NCBI RefSeq assembly: GCF_036971445.1
Contig: NC_091470.1
Location: 51,150,001 to 51,214,000, forward strand
Origin: Narcine bancroftii
Taxonomy: Eukaryota
DNA: 64,000 bases
Reading direction: 5' to 3'
The notes beneath the pieces are model-generated. The model ran no database searches. It was given only the letters and a program-made list of their open reading frames with translations, and was not told the DNA's origin. Made by a program: the position numbers and the translations under genes. Below are positions 25,884 through 38,514 of the stretch, one piece after another; position 1 is the stretch's first letter; every line of letters begins with the position of its first letter.

Positions 25884-26355
25884 CAATAGGCCAGTTAGAT
25901 TAACATCTGTAGTCAGGAAAATGCTTGAGGCTAACATTAAGGAAGAAATAGTGAGACATCGCGATAGAAATTATTCCATCAGGTGACTGCCGTAAGAATT
26001 CAGGAAGGGCAGGACACGTTTGACAAATTTAGTGGAATTATTTTAGTATATAATGACCGTGGTGGATTGAGAGGAACTCATGGATGTTGTATACTTCGAT
26101 TTCCAGAAGGCATAAAAGACATCCTTAGATGAGGATGCATAGAATTGGGGTTAATGCATCAGCATGACTGATACAGGAAGGAACTTAACAGACAGGAAAT
26201 GGATATGAGATTGTTAGCTTCCAAAACGAGTGCCCTATACATTTATAGGGAATCAGTTATTGGTCAACCAATAAAAGGCAGAGAGTCAGGATAAATGAGA
26301 GTTTCTCTGATGGGCAACCAGTGGGGTTGGCTACCTCATTCCATGTATTTAAGAC

Positions 26356-26456
26356 CTGCCTGTCCCGCATCGGACTTGTCAGTCACCAACGAGCCTGCAG
26401 CAGACATGGACATACCCCTCTATAAATCTTCGTCCGCGAAGCCAAGCCAAAGAAAA
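26356..26456 (+). mobile_element. RTE LINE extreme 3' fragment
   Basis: ctgcctgtcccgcatcggacttgtcag...cgcgaagccaagccaaagaaa matches the RTE 3' end. Confidence 0.9.
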
Positions 26457-26784
26457 AGGGGAATAAAGGGTTCTGGGGAAAAGGTAGGATGGAGCTGAGT
26501 CCACGACTAGATCAGCCATAATTCTGTTGAATGCCAGAACAGGCTCAATCGAGCAATAGACAATAGACAACAGACAATGCTGGAATAGGCCATTTGGCCC
26601 ATCAAGAAAGCACAGCCATTAATTTATATCATGGCTGATTTTCTACTATCAGAACCCAGATGGGCTTCTCCTGCTCCTTCTCTTTATGTTCTTATGTTCA
26701 TGTTCTTAGGTTTTAGCCAAACTCTCTTCTTAATTTTCTAGTGATGCTCTTCCATTTGAAAATGATTTTTGATCAATAATCTTA

Positions 26785-26940
26785 AACAGGAAAGTCTACA
26801 GACACTGTGATTGTAGTGGAATACTCAAAAGTGCCGCAGAAACTCAGCAGGTTATGCAGCATCCATAGGAAGTAACAGGTAACCAATGTTTCAGACCTTG
26901 GTCCTCCGTCAAGTATTGAGCAAAGAGCAGGCAGGCATTT
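26785..26940 (-). mobile_element. Penelope-like terminal repeat remnant
   Basis: aaagtctacagacactgtgattg...gaaactcagcagg...accaatgtttcagacc...gcaggcaggc is an imperfect reverse complement of 15810-15960. Confidence 0.55.
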
Positions 26941-28499
26941 GTTTCTAATTAACTCATGATATTATGTGCTTTTAATTAAACATGATTTAACAAATTGTTT
27001 GGATGTTATATGGGGAATGAGCAAATTACAGCAAATTACTAACTGGTCAAATAACAAAGGGTTTGTAGATTTATATGTGGATAATAAAGAATTTGAGAAA
27101 ATTTCTCAGGAATGATGTTCCATTTTCTTCCCTTGTTCTGTGAAGGGCAATTTGTATTAAACACTGGCAAGGAAACCCTTGGCTGACAAATTGTTGTGGC
27201 ACAGAAAGAAGCCATTTCACTCAAGGAGGATGTATTGGGTCCAGCAGAGAAATGTCATCAGTTCTATACTCTAGTTGTTCCCCTATAGTCTACATATGAT
27301 TCCCTTTGAAGACGTTGTTTGATTCCAGAGCAATTTCCAGACCCTATTTACCCATTTTATAAATGTTTTTCTTATGCCACGCTCCACCCCACATCCAAAC
27401 ATTCTGGACTTCTGGCTCCTGGTATTTGAACCCTCTACAACAGGGAGCACTCCCTCTATTTACTTAATACCACAGTCATGTGCCATGTCAAATTTCTTCT
27501 CAATATTTCTTTACTCCACCGAGCACAACCCAAGGTTCTCGCCTCTCTCACCTTGCAGCCGAAATGCTTAGATTTTGTTGAACACCTTTCCACTTTGAAC
27601 TGCAGTCTCTGACTGACAAATGCAATGACAGAAGTGCCTTGCGAGTCACGTCTAGTCGCATCATTTTATTTTCCCCATTATCAGCTGTGGTCAGATCAGT
27701 TTCCTCAGTGAGGTGGGTATAAGATGATAATGTCAGTCAATGAGCTTCACTCCCTTCCTTCCAGTTGGCCAGTATAGGAAATGCAGGGCTTTCTTGCTGT
27801 GTGATGAGTATGGAAAGGTTCAGAATGTGAGCACTCGTTTTGCAAGCAAACAATCCCATATCCGTTTCCTGTCTGTCAAGTTCCTTCCTGTATGTTGGGA
27901 ACAAATTTACTGTTCAATTTTTCTAAGTTATTTAAACATACTTCTTCGAAATCCCATGGGGGAAAACAAAAAGCTATCTGATCAAATGAATTCTAACTTT
28001 TTAAATGGTCATTAGAGCAGATTGATGAGAATGCAATTGATATTAGTTCCACACACTAATTGCAGTCTAAAATACTGAATAGGATTTTTAAAAGTTATTT
28101 CAGCATATCTTTTTGTAAACAATACATTTTATTGACTGTTATTGCACAATAATATGAATGTTATCCATCCAAAAGTTATTTTAAAGAAACACTTCAAGAG
28201 AAACACACACTTTTTATGAAAAAGTTTGAAATCTTTAGAAGGGCAGTAATTATGTTTTTTTAATAAAGATTGAACATAATCTGATATATCTGAGCAAAAA
28301 TAGATAAAAGAGGACCAGTTTTACTTCATGCGACCTGTTTGTAGATTTAAGGAACAGGGGAGAATATGCAGTATATCCATACTTATAGTTTTATATCAGG
28401 TCATGTGTTGGTACGGTGCTGCAGTCATATAGCAAATGCAATGACAGAAATGCCTTGTTAGTCACATCAGGTCACATCACTTTATCGCACTCTCTCGTA

Positions 28500-28832
28500 G
28501 GCTCAGGCCACCTTGCTGTCCACTGGAGCTCCCAACAGAGGACTCTCGCCTAAGCCCCAGCTGCCCACCCATCTGAGCTCCCGGTACCCTGAATAAGGGC
28601 CTACCACATAGACCTACCACACGGTCCCAGCCTGCCCACCCATCCGAGCACCTGATACTTCAAATGTGGACTTACCACTTGATCCTGCCTATCCGAGCTC
28701 CCGATGCGTCGAACACAGACTTGCCTTGAACGATGCAGATACTTATGCATGTCTGTCCTGCATATAATAGTCAACCCCCTAAATTTTACCCCAAAAGTTG
28801 ATTCACAAAATTTGGCTATTACATGCGTATAA
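28500..28832. mobile_element. Possible non-autonomous DNA transposon remnant (pogo/Tigger-like end) with diverged internal repeats
   Basis: Three to four degenerate repeats of ctgcccacccatc.gagc.cc.g, then gcatataatagtcaacccc...ctattacatgcgtata, which resembles pogo-type subterminal motifs. Confidence 0.35.
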
Positions 28833-28916
28833 TAAACTCAGCAGGTCATGCAGCATCTTTATAAAATATAATGTAAAATAAATATGTATACATTTGCTAG
28901 ACTATTAAGGTAATGT

Positions 28917-29374
28917 CCACGCTGCTGAAGATCCAGCTGCGCTGGATGGGTCACGTCTCCAGAATGGAGGACCATCGCCTTCCCAAGATCATGTTATATG
29001 GCAAGCTCTCCACTGGCCACCATGACAGAGGTGCACCAAAGAAGAGGTACAAGGACTGCCTAAAGAAATCTCTTGGTGCCTGCCACATTGACCACCGCCA
29101 GTGGGCTGATATCGCCTCAAACCGTACATCTTGGTGCCTCACAGTTCGGCGGGCAGCAACCTCCTTTGAAGAAGACCGCAGAGCCCACCTCACTGACAAA
29201 AGACAAAGGAGGAAAAACCCAACACCCAACCCCATCCAACCAATTTTCCCCTGCAACCACTGCAACTGTGTCTGCCTGTCCCGCATCGGACTTGTCAGCC
29301 ACAAACGAGCCTGCAGCTGACGTGGACATTTTCCCCCTCCATAAATCTTCGTCCGCGAAGCCAAGCCAAGAAAG
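28917..29374 (+). mobile_element. Young RTE LINE, 5'-truncated, with 10-bp TSD
   Basis: RTE C-terminal ORF. TSD aaggtaatgt at 28907-28916 and 29375-29384. Confidence 0.95.
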
Positions 29375-29802
29375 AAGGTAATGTTTTACTTGGAAGAATA
29401 CTTCCTCTAACCCCCAACCTTCCCTACAACCTGATTAACCTGATATCGTGCACACCATACATAGCACACCAGCACAGAGGCAGACAGGCACCAATGCCCA
29501 GACCCAATCTTTGAGTCTTGATCTCCCCAGCATACCATTTTTTCCTGAACATTGAAGAACATGAAAAGAACTCACCTAGCCTGTTATCTCTGACTCAAGG
29601 CCCTTTCATGCCAGGCCTCCACATATAAGCACGCAGGGTAAAAATAAACTTACCTTTCATGGAGAAGCCCTAAAAGGCTGCTCCTACATTGCATTCATGT
29701 TGAGTGGAGCTTTGTAGTGCCCTTCAGAACTGATAGACACAGGGCGACTGGTGCCTTAGCGCTGCCCATCATAAATACACAACAGAGTGATGGCCAATTT
29801 CC

Positions 29803-29881
29803 CTACCCATAATCCCCCATGCAGCTGTAACCGCTCTGTGTTTCCTCAAACAGTTCCAGCTGCATGGTGAATTATGGGTAG
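29803..29881. repeat. Inverted repeat/hairpin (29-bp arms, 21-nt spacer), probably the centre of a palindromic MITE
   Basis: ctacccataatcccccatgcagctgtaac versus gttccagctgcatggtgaattatgggtag: 26 of 29 positions are complementary. Confidence 0.8.
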
Positions 29882-32401
29882 TGAAGAGAAGACGACCATT
29901 GCTCTGCCACGTTTTGAATTGCAGAGAGCGGCCCGGCGAAGTGCCGTACCAGCCATCCCCTAACGGCCCCCCGCCGGCTGCCCCTGCCCTAATGACTCCC
30001 ACTGCCCCCCATCGCCCTGAGGGGGTCACAGAGGGAGAGGGGTGAGTGAATGGGAGATGGGTCATTGGCTGACGGTGTCATCGCTACGTTATTAGCCCAC
30101 CCCTATCCAGCGCTTGCAGTGACAGTACATTTATGTGAGGTGGTGGAGCGCAACAGTCCGCTGATGATCCTTCCCCCAGAGGGATTGCAGTCAGCACCTT
30201 GGAGCTGGCCACAGCACTTTCATAGAGGTAAGTCTCTCGACATAAGGATGGAGAATCTCTGCCTTTACAGTTGGGCTTTTTCACTGCATGAAAGGGCCTT
30301 CTCTCTTCACAGAGGCTGCCTTTCCTGCCGACTATTTCCAATAGTTTTTTTTTATGTGGAGTTTCAACTTGTATCATGGAGCTCACACTTTCCGCCTCAA
30401 ATCAACAAAACACTAAACTGACAGTTGTTTTTTTTTACTGTCTATAATTTGTCTGCCAATTTAAAAATGAAAGTCGAAAATAAAAATGAATGGTTTACCT
30501 ATGGTCAGAGTGATGAATGAGGAAGACAATGTGGTTCTTTCAAATGCTCATTAAGGATGTTTGGCCAAGTCGAGTAGGATATCTCCATAGATGAACAGGA
30601 GTAAACATGGTGCTGGTCAAAGAATGTCCAAAAATTACTTCCCATAGCAAGGAAAAAGTTGTCACAATTCTTTAAATACGAGAAGGAAAAAAAAAGACAA
30701 AGGTAAGAATTTGCTGGCGGGGTGTGAGTTTGGCCTATTTGTTGAATATTTATGGTATTCAGTGACACTGCTGGATATCCACAGTAACAGAACCTGCTGG
30801 GAGACGAAGCTTATCACTTTCTTCAAGTGAAAGCTTCTGTTTGCAATCTGAACCCCATTAAACAATAGTTAAAAACAGCAAGGTGCCAACATTCTTGCTT
30901 ACAAATAGATGGGGTTTGCCTCATCTTATTAGGTTGACTCTTTGATCAACGTCATTTTAATAACATAATAGACTGTTAACTGGATTTTCTTTAAATATCT
31001 TGACCAGATTAAGACTGAAACAGCAATCCATTCCCTGTAAATCATAACACTCTCACCTGTCAATACACATCACAGTGACTGCCTCCAAGAAAGTCTTAAT
31101 CTTAAATAACACATAAATAATACTGTACATACAAGTAGTTAATGCTTAAAAAATACAAAAGACTATATTTTTTTGGAAAAGGGAATTGAACCACACTTGT
31201 TTGACAGCTTGTGTACAGATCTCAATCAGAATTTTAATTGTTGTAAAAGTTATAAATTCAGATTGGCTCGTGTTGATTTTGTAAGGAATTTTAACTTAAC
31301 ACTGAGGAAATGCAATATAATCAGATTCTGGATACAAATACAAATTCTTTGTGATTAATTAAGAACCGTAGTTGCATCAAGTAAAAACATCATTATATTA
31401 TTCTGTATCAAAGCTGCAAATATGAATAATCAGGAAAAAGTTACTGAAAATACACAAGATTTAACAGAGCTACTTAATCCAACAAACACTGACAATAATG
31501 AGTTTAACAGTGGGGGCTTATCAAGAGTTAACACAGAGCTTTGCCTGTGAGTTCAAAACAGATAACTTGTCCCCTCCTCCATTTTCCTTATTGCTGTAAT
31601 TGCAAATGGCCAGATGAATTGCTGGAAAATTATACAATCAAATGATTCAGTCAATATCACTTTTTTGTCTATAAGTACTATAAACCCTGATTACAGCACA
31701 GTTATCCTCCCACATGTTCCATCTGCTCTCCCTTCATATTTGTAATTTTATCAGTATATACAAAAAAAATGTCAGTAGCATGATTTGGCTTCAAGCAGGG
31801 TGTCCTTTATATTTTGAGATTAAAGAATTAAACAAATAGGATAGTACAATGAAGGAATATGAGATTATTAATTGTTTGCGAGGAAACAGGGTTTGACTAA
31901 TACAGAAGACTGTTATAACTCTGAGGTGAATGTCTCTCATTTTTTCTCTTTTGATGATACACTTTCTTAAAACCAAGTTCTCTCTTTGCTGTGTTATTTA
32001 CATTATTTGTTTCAAATTATCAGGTCATTAATTTTATTGGATAAAACAAATTTGACATCAGTAGATTTCACATCAGGGATAGATTATAGTAACATTTTTG
32101 ATTTATCTTAAGATGCAAATACCAAACCATTAAGAAAACCAGTCGAGGTGAATGAGATTTTTTAAAATCTGAGCAGAAAGGCTCAGAATGTAATTTCTAC
32201 TGCAGTGATATTGTAATGTGCATTTCACAGTGCAACCCACTAAATTATGAATTAGGGTGATATTTTATATAAAAAATATCCTAAGATACACAGTTCCTTT
32301 AAAACAATTCCAAAAGAATAAACATTTTAGCACCTTTTAGCTCCCTCATCTGACCAGCAATATGAACTACATAAAGGAAGTTGACTTTTTCCAAACTCCT
32401 C

Positions 32402-32457
32402 AGATAATACAAATTCAAAGTTTTCTTTGAAGAGCAATAAATTGAATTTGTAAATTC
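32402..32457 (+). repeat. 56-bp segment exactly duplicated at 34259-34314
   Basis: agataatacaaattcaaagttttctttgaagagcaataaattgaatttgtaaattc is identical at both sites. Confidence 0.95.
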
Positions 32458-32707
32458 CTGTCAAGAAAAAGTGCATTTTAAGATTTTTGTGGATATCATA
32501 ATTCTTCCAACAAGTTAAATTCCTTAATATGACAAGCTAGAAATTGATAAATTTATAAATTGGTGTCCAAAAGTTTTAAATAATTTTATTCATGGATGCC
32601 TGTGAAGGAGAAGAAAAGGCATCATTGCTAAAATAATTATTGCTGAAACCTCTTTTTTTGACTGAGAAATAATGTAAGATTTGGAAAAGGGATGTATTTC
32701 TTAGATT

Positions 32708-33515
32708 TGCACAAGTTTGCCGATGACACCACATTTGTTGGCAGAATCACAAATGGCAATGAGGAAGCGTTCAGGAGGGAGATAGATCAGTTTGTTGAAT
32801 GGTGTAACGGCAACTACCTTGTGCTCAACATCAGCAAAACCAAGGAGATGATTGTGGACTTCAGAAGGAGGTCAGGGGAACACAACCCTCATTGAGGGCT
32901 CAGTAGTGGAGAGGGTCAAGAACTTCAAATTCCTGGATATCAACATCTTAGAAGATCTGACCTGGAGCCTCCATGTCGATGCAATTTCAAAGTAGTATCT
33001 CCAGTGGATATACTTTGTAAGGTGTTTGAGGAGATTCAATATGGCACTGAAGACTTTCAAAAACTTCCACAGGTTTACCATGGAGAGCATCCTGGCTGGT
33101 TGCATCCATGTCTGGTACAAAGGAGTCAGTGCTCAGGATAAGAAAAACTCAGCCTGTGACATCATAGGGACCAGACTTCACTCCATTGAAGACACCTTCA
33201 AGAAGCAGTATCTTAAGAAAGCAGCCTCTATTCTCAAAGACTCCCAGGCCATGCCCTCTTCACTCTGCTACCATTGGGAAAAAGGTATAGGAGCCAAAAG
33301 ACGAGCGCTCAATGGCACAAGGACAGCTTCGTCACCGCTGCCATCAAATTCCTGAAAAATCAATGAAATAAAGAAATTGCCTTACTTTTTGTGTACTTTT
33401 TTATATAGTAATATTGTAAGATGGTTCATAATATGAATGTTTGCACCATGATTCTGCCGCAAAACACCGAATTTCATGACCTGTTCACGACAATAAATTC
33501 TGATTTTGATTCTGA
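32708..33515 (+). mobile_element. Rex1/Babar-type LINE 3' fragment
   Basis: HKFADDTT.VGRI, LNISKTKEMIVDFRR and MESILAGCI.VWY, with a (ttctga)n-like tail. Confidence 0.9.
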
Positions 33516-33849
33516 TGTCCGGGTGAAGAAAAACAATCCCAACCAAATATTGGCACTACTGTCCCCAAGCTGTTTTGCTGGTTCAATTCCCAGGGTCAAT
33601 CTCAAGAAATCTATAGCATTTGTCCCACCTGCTCCAGCATAATCTTCAACTCTTTGCATTTCATTGCATAAAGCAGGTTGTTTTCATTTCTGTAGGATCA
33701 GCTGCATCTACCCCAACTTCACTCTTGATCCTCTTGAACTTCTTCACACCTGTATTCTTTATTACATTCCAATACCTTTTTTTGACCTCCAAGGCTCTGC
33801 CAAAGCACAAATTGCTGCTCAGACAAAATGCTCCTCTTGCGTAGAGTAT

Positions 33850-34130
33850 CAGCTTTGACTCAAGGCCTGGGAATTCAAGGGGCACTCCATAGAATCTTTT
33901 TTGAGACTTTACTGAGTTACTGAGCGATTCCTGTGCTATTAGAGGTATTTTCATTTACAAGAGGTCAGTGCCACATCTAGCCTCTCAAGTGCATGTAAGA
34001 TTTCCCATGCTGTTTATTTTTTGAACTATCTCTCCCAGATGTTTGAATTAATATTTATCACTTCCTAATTATCCTTTATCTAACATCAGAAAAAGGGAAT
34101 TATTGGACCATTTCTGTTCATGGAATCTTC
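33850..34130 (+). mobile_element. Ancient Deu-domain SINE remnant
   Basis: tctagcctctcaagtgcatgtaagatttcccatg resembles the Deu core. Very diverged. Confidence 0.4.
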
Positions 34131-35159
34131 CGACATGCAAACTTCATGATATGATGTTTTCATTGATAACATGTCGTATGATGTATATGACAATATGACA
34201 ATAAATTCTTGCTACAACTGAACAAGAACTTTAAAAAAAACCAACTACAAATACAACTAGATAATACAAATTCAAAGTTTTCTTTGAAGAGCAATAAATT
34301 GAATTTGTAAATTCTTAATTGAATACTTAATTGAATTAAAAAGAGACAATAAATACAAAAATAGATGACAAATATTCACAATTATCTTAGTGAAAAGCAA
34401 GTAGACCTTGTAATTGTGCAGATCATCCTTTTATAGTGCAAGCTAAATTCAGATTCAGAAAGAAAATTTAGATCTTCAATGACCAGCAAAGATGTTGTTG
34501 AGCACAAATTGTGCCTATTAAATCTTGAAGAAAGGGTTCTGATCCAAATTTCTCTCCATAGATGTGGCCTGACCTGCTGAGTCCTTCCAGTTCCTCCAGC
34601 TCTTCTCTTTGCTGATGATCACATCTACAGTTCATGTATTTGTCTTATGCCTATTGATTGAGTTCTTCAACAAAGTAGCAATGGGAATTAAACTGCTCTG
34701 TTAACTGTAATGTGTTTGGAAATTGGACTTTTAATAAATTAGTGGAAATACCAGCACAGGCAGCATTAATGGCAACAGAAACATCTTTTCTCTCTTCCTT
34801 CCCTCAAATATTACATGGCATGCTGAGTATTTTTGGAATTTTCTGTTTTTATTTGCGATTTTAAGTTTTGCTTGTTAAGACGCTCAGTAGTCTTTAAAGA
34901 CCCCAGCATGATGTTAAATAGTCCATGATAATCCGAATGTATAATTGGGTATAAGGTTTAGGACACAGAGGCACAAAAAAATATTTTTCTGACTGAAAAA
35001 CAACCTGCATCAGTGCTCTCAGGGCGGGGGGAGGTTGGGGGGGGGGGGGGGGTCAGCATTGGAGCTCATTCCTTATCCTGTTTTTTGAGATGATGTAAAA
35101 CCTACGACCCAAGGACCTCGCTGCCACGTCCCAGCTTGCTTGGCCACGGCACACGAACC

Positions 35160-38100
35160 ATAGGTGTAAAGGGTGGGGCCAGTACTGCGCGCACTGCACT
35201 CCACCTAAAAGCTCCTTTGCGCAGGCCCGAGGACAGGTCCACGTCCTCCCCCTCAACGTCCTCCCCCTCCACGTCCTCCCCCTCCACGTCCTCCCCCTCC
35301 ACGTCCTCCCCCTCCACGTCCTCCCCCTCAAAAGATGCTCACAAACTCAAGCTAGCATGCTGGAACATCAGAACCATGCTAGATAAGACTGACAGCCATC
35401 GACCTGAACGTCGGTCTGCCCTCATTGCACATGAACTCCTCAGACTTGACATCGACATAGCCGCTCTCAGTGAAGTCCGCCTGGCAGATGTAGGCAGCTT
35501 CCAAGAACGCGGCGCGGGCTACACACTCTACTGGTCTGGCAAGCCTTCGGATGAACGACGCCTATCTGGTGTAGGCTTCATGGTCAAGAGCTTCATTGCC
35601 TCCAAACTCGAAAACCTTCCGACAGGCCTCTCGGACCGAATCATGTCCATGCGACTCCCACTTCAAAACAAGCGTCACATCACCCTCATCAGTGTCTATG
35701 CTCCAACCCTCCAGGCGGAACCAGCAGAAAAGAACAAGTTCTACACCGACCTGCGCAACCTCATCCAACGTACCCCTACAGCCGACAAGGTTGTCATCCT
35801 GGGCGACTTCAACGCTCGTGTCGGCAAAGACTCAGAAACCTGGCCAGGAATCCTGGGCAAGCATGGCGTCGGCAAGTGCAACGACAATGGGCGCCTCCTG
35901 TTGGAGCTCTGCGCAGAACAGCGGCTTGTCATTACAAACACCCTTTTTCAGCAGAGGGACAGCCTTAAGACCACCTGGATGCATCCCCGATCCAAACACT
36001 GGCACCTCCTGGACTACATCCTGGTGCGAGAAAGTGACAAACAAGATGTGCTCCACACCAGGGTCATGCCTAGCGCGGAATGCCACACTGACCACCGGCT
36101 GGTTCGCTGCAAGCTCAACCTTCACTTCAAGCCAAAGCCCAGGAACAATAAAGCCCCCAGAAAGAGGTTCAATGTTGGAAAACTGCAGTCAGACGAAGCG
36201 AGAGGAAACTTCCAGGCAAACCTCAAAGCAAAGCTCGACGTTGCAACCCGCCTCACGGACCCGTCCCCTGAAACCCTCTGGGATCAGTTGAAGACTACCA
36301 TACTGCAATCCACTGAAGAGGTACTGGGCTTCTCGTCCAGGAAAAACAAGGACTGGTTTGACGAAAACAGCCAGGAAATCCAGGAGCTGCTGGCAAAGAA
36401 GCGAGCTGCCCACCAGGCTCACCTTACAAAGCCGTCCTGTCCAGAGAAGAAACAAGCCTTCCGTCGCGCATGCAGCCATCTTCAGCGCAAACTCCGGGAG
36501 ATCCAAAATGAGTGGTGGACTAGCCTCGCCAAACGAACACAGCTCAGCGCGGACACTGACGAGGCTCTAAAGGCTGTGTACGGCCCCTCACCCCAAGTCC
36601 AAAGCCCGCTGCGCAGCTCAGACGGCAAAGTCCTCCTCAGCGACAAGATCTCCATCCTCAACCGATGGTCAGAACACTTCCAATCTCTTTTCAGTACCAA
36701 CCGCTCAGTCCAAGATTCCGCCCTGCTCCAGCTCCCTCAACAGCCCCTAAGGCTAGAGCTGGATGAGGTTCCCACCCTGGATGAGACATATAAGGCAATC
36801 GAACAACTGAAAAGTGGCAAAACAGCAGGTATGGATGGAATCCCCCCCAGAAGTCTGGAAGGCTGGCGGCAAAACTCTGCATGCCAAACTGCATGAGTTT
36901 TTCAAGCTTTGTTGGGACCAAGGTAAACTGCCTCAAGATCTTCGTGATGCCACCATCATCACCCTGTACAAAAACAAAGGCGAGAAATCAGACTGCTCAA
37001 ACTACAGGGGAATCACGTTGCTCTCCATTGCAGGCAAAATCTTCGCTAGGATTCTACTAAATAGAATAATACCTAGTGTCGCTGAGAATATTCTCCCAGA
37101 ATCACAGTGTGGCTTTCGCGCTAACAGAGGAACCACTGACATGGTCTTTGCCCTCAGACAGCTCCAAGAAAAGTGTAGAGAACAAAACAAAGGACTCTAC
37201 ATCACCTTTGTTGACCTCACCAAAGCCTTCGACACCGTGAGCAGGAAAGGGCTTTGGCAAATACTAGAGCGCATCGGATGTCCCCCAAAGTTCCTCAACA
37301 TGATTATCCAACTACACGAAAACCAACAAGGTCGGGTCAGATACAGCAATGAGCTCTCTGAACCCTTCTCCATTAACAATGGCGTGAAGCAAGGCTGTGT
37401 TCTCGCACCAACCCTCTTTTCAATCTTCTTCAGCATGATGCTGAACCAAGCCATGAAAGACCCCAACAATGAAGACGCTGTTTACATCCGGTACCGCACG
37501 GATGGCAGTCTCTTCAATCTGAGGCGCCTGCAAGCTCACACCAAGACACAAGAGAAACTTGTCCGTGAACTACTCTTTGCAGATGATGCCGCTTTAGTTG
37601 CCCATTCAGAGCCAGCTCTTCAGCGCTTGACGTCCTGCTTTGCGGAAACTGCCAAAATGTTTGGCCTGGAAGTCAGCCTGAAGAAAACTGAGGTCCTCCA
37701 TCAGCCAGCTCCCCACCATGACTACCAGCCCCCCCACATCTCCATCGGGCACACAAAACTCCAAACGGTCAACCAGTTTACCTATCTCGGCTGCACCATT
37801 TCATCAGATGCAAGGATCGACAATGAGATAGACAACAGACTCGCCAAGGCAAATAGCGCCTTTGAAAGACTACACAAAAGAGTCTGGAAAAACAACCAAC
37901 TGAAAAACCTCACAAAGATAAGCGTATACAGAGCCGTTGTCATACCCACACTCCTGTTCGGCTCCGAATCATGGGTCCTCTACCGGCACCACCTACGGCT
38001 CCTAGAACGCTTCCACCAGCGTTGTCTCCGCTCCATCCTCAACATCCATTGGAGCGCTCACACCCCTAACGTCGAGGTACTCGAGATGGCAGAGGTCGAC

Positions 38101-38514
38101 AGCATCGAGTCCACGCTGCTGAAGATCCAGCTGCGCTGGATGGGTCACGTCTCCAGAATGGAGGACCATCGCCTTCCCAAGATCGTATTATATGGCGAGC
38201 TCTCCACTGGCCACCGTGACAGAGGTGCACCAAAGAAAAGGTACAAGGACTGCCTAAAGAAATCTCTTGGTGCCTGCCACATTGACCACCGCCAGTGGGC
38301 TGATAACGCCTCAAACCGTGCATCTTGGCGCCTCACAGTTTGGCGGGCAGCAGCCTCCTTTGAAGAAGACCGCAGAGCCCACCTCACTGACAAAAGGCAA
38401 AGGAGGAAAAACCCAACACCCAACCCCAACCAACCAATTTTCCCTTGCAACCGCTGCAATCGTGTCTGCCTGTCCCGCATCGGACTGGTCAGCCACAAAC
38501 GAGCCTGCAGCTGA
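35160..38514 (+). pseudogene. RTE ORF (APE endonuclease and reverse transcriptase) broken by one frameshift
   Basis: APE motifs WNIRT, ALSEVR, SVYAPT, GDFNA, LDYIL, TDH, and RT motifs NYRGITLL, QCGFR, FVDLTKAFD, GVKQG, LFADD. There is an extra C in the C7 run at 36842-36848. ATA at 35160 stands where the paralog has ATG (45082), and there is an 18-nt in-frame deletion near 36555. Confidence 0.93.
35238..35327 (+). repeat. 15-bp in-frame repeat x6 (STSSP) in the RTE ORF N-terminus
   Basis: tccacgtcctccccc x6 here, and x3 in the paralog at 45160-45204. Confidence 0.95.

Larger units (their letters stand above)
23760..26706 (+). mobile_element. CR1 LINE remnant split by nested insertions
   Basis: Pieces at 23760-23860 (LKVDTSTGPDGMH.RVL), 25884-26340 (RPVRLTSVVRKMLE, DVVYFDFQKA) and 26457-26706 (3' UTR, tgttctta tail). 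It is interrupted by a SINE-like element and two RTE copies. Confidence 0.75.

Noticed and set aside
35022-35052. G-run just upstream of the near full-length RTE as part of the element
   Set aside because: It is absent from the other 5' RTE copy and separated by about 45 bp of unrelated sequence. Similar G-runs occur at 58852, 59270 and 62360.
36814-36896. Overlap of two RTE ORFs as a programmed frameshift or two-ORF layout
   Set aside because: The sister copy reads straight through (GMDGIPTEVWK). One extra C in a homopolymer explains it as a mutation or sequencing error.
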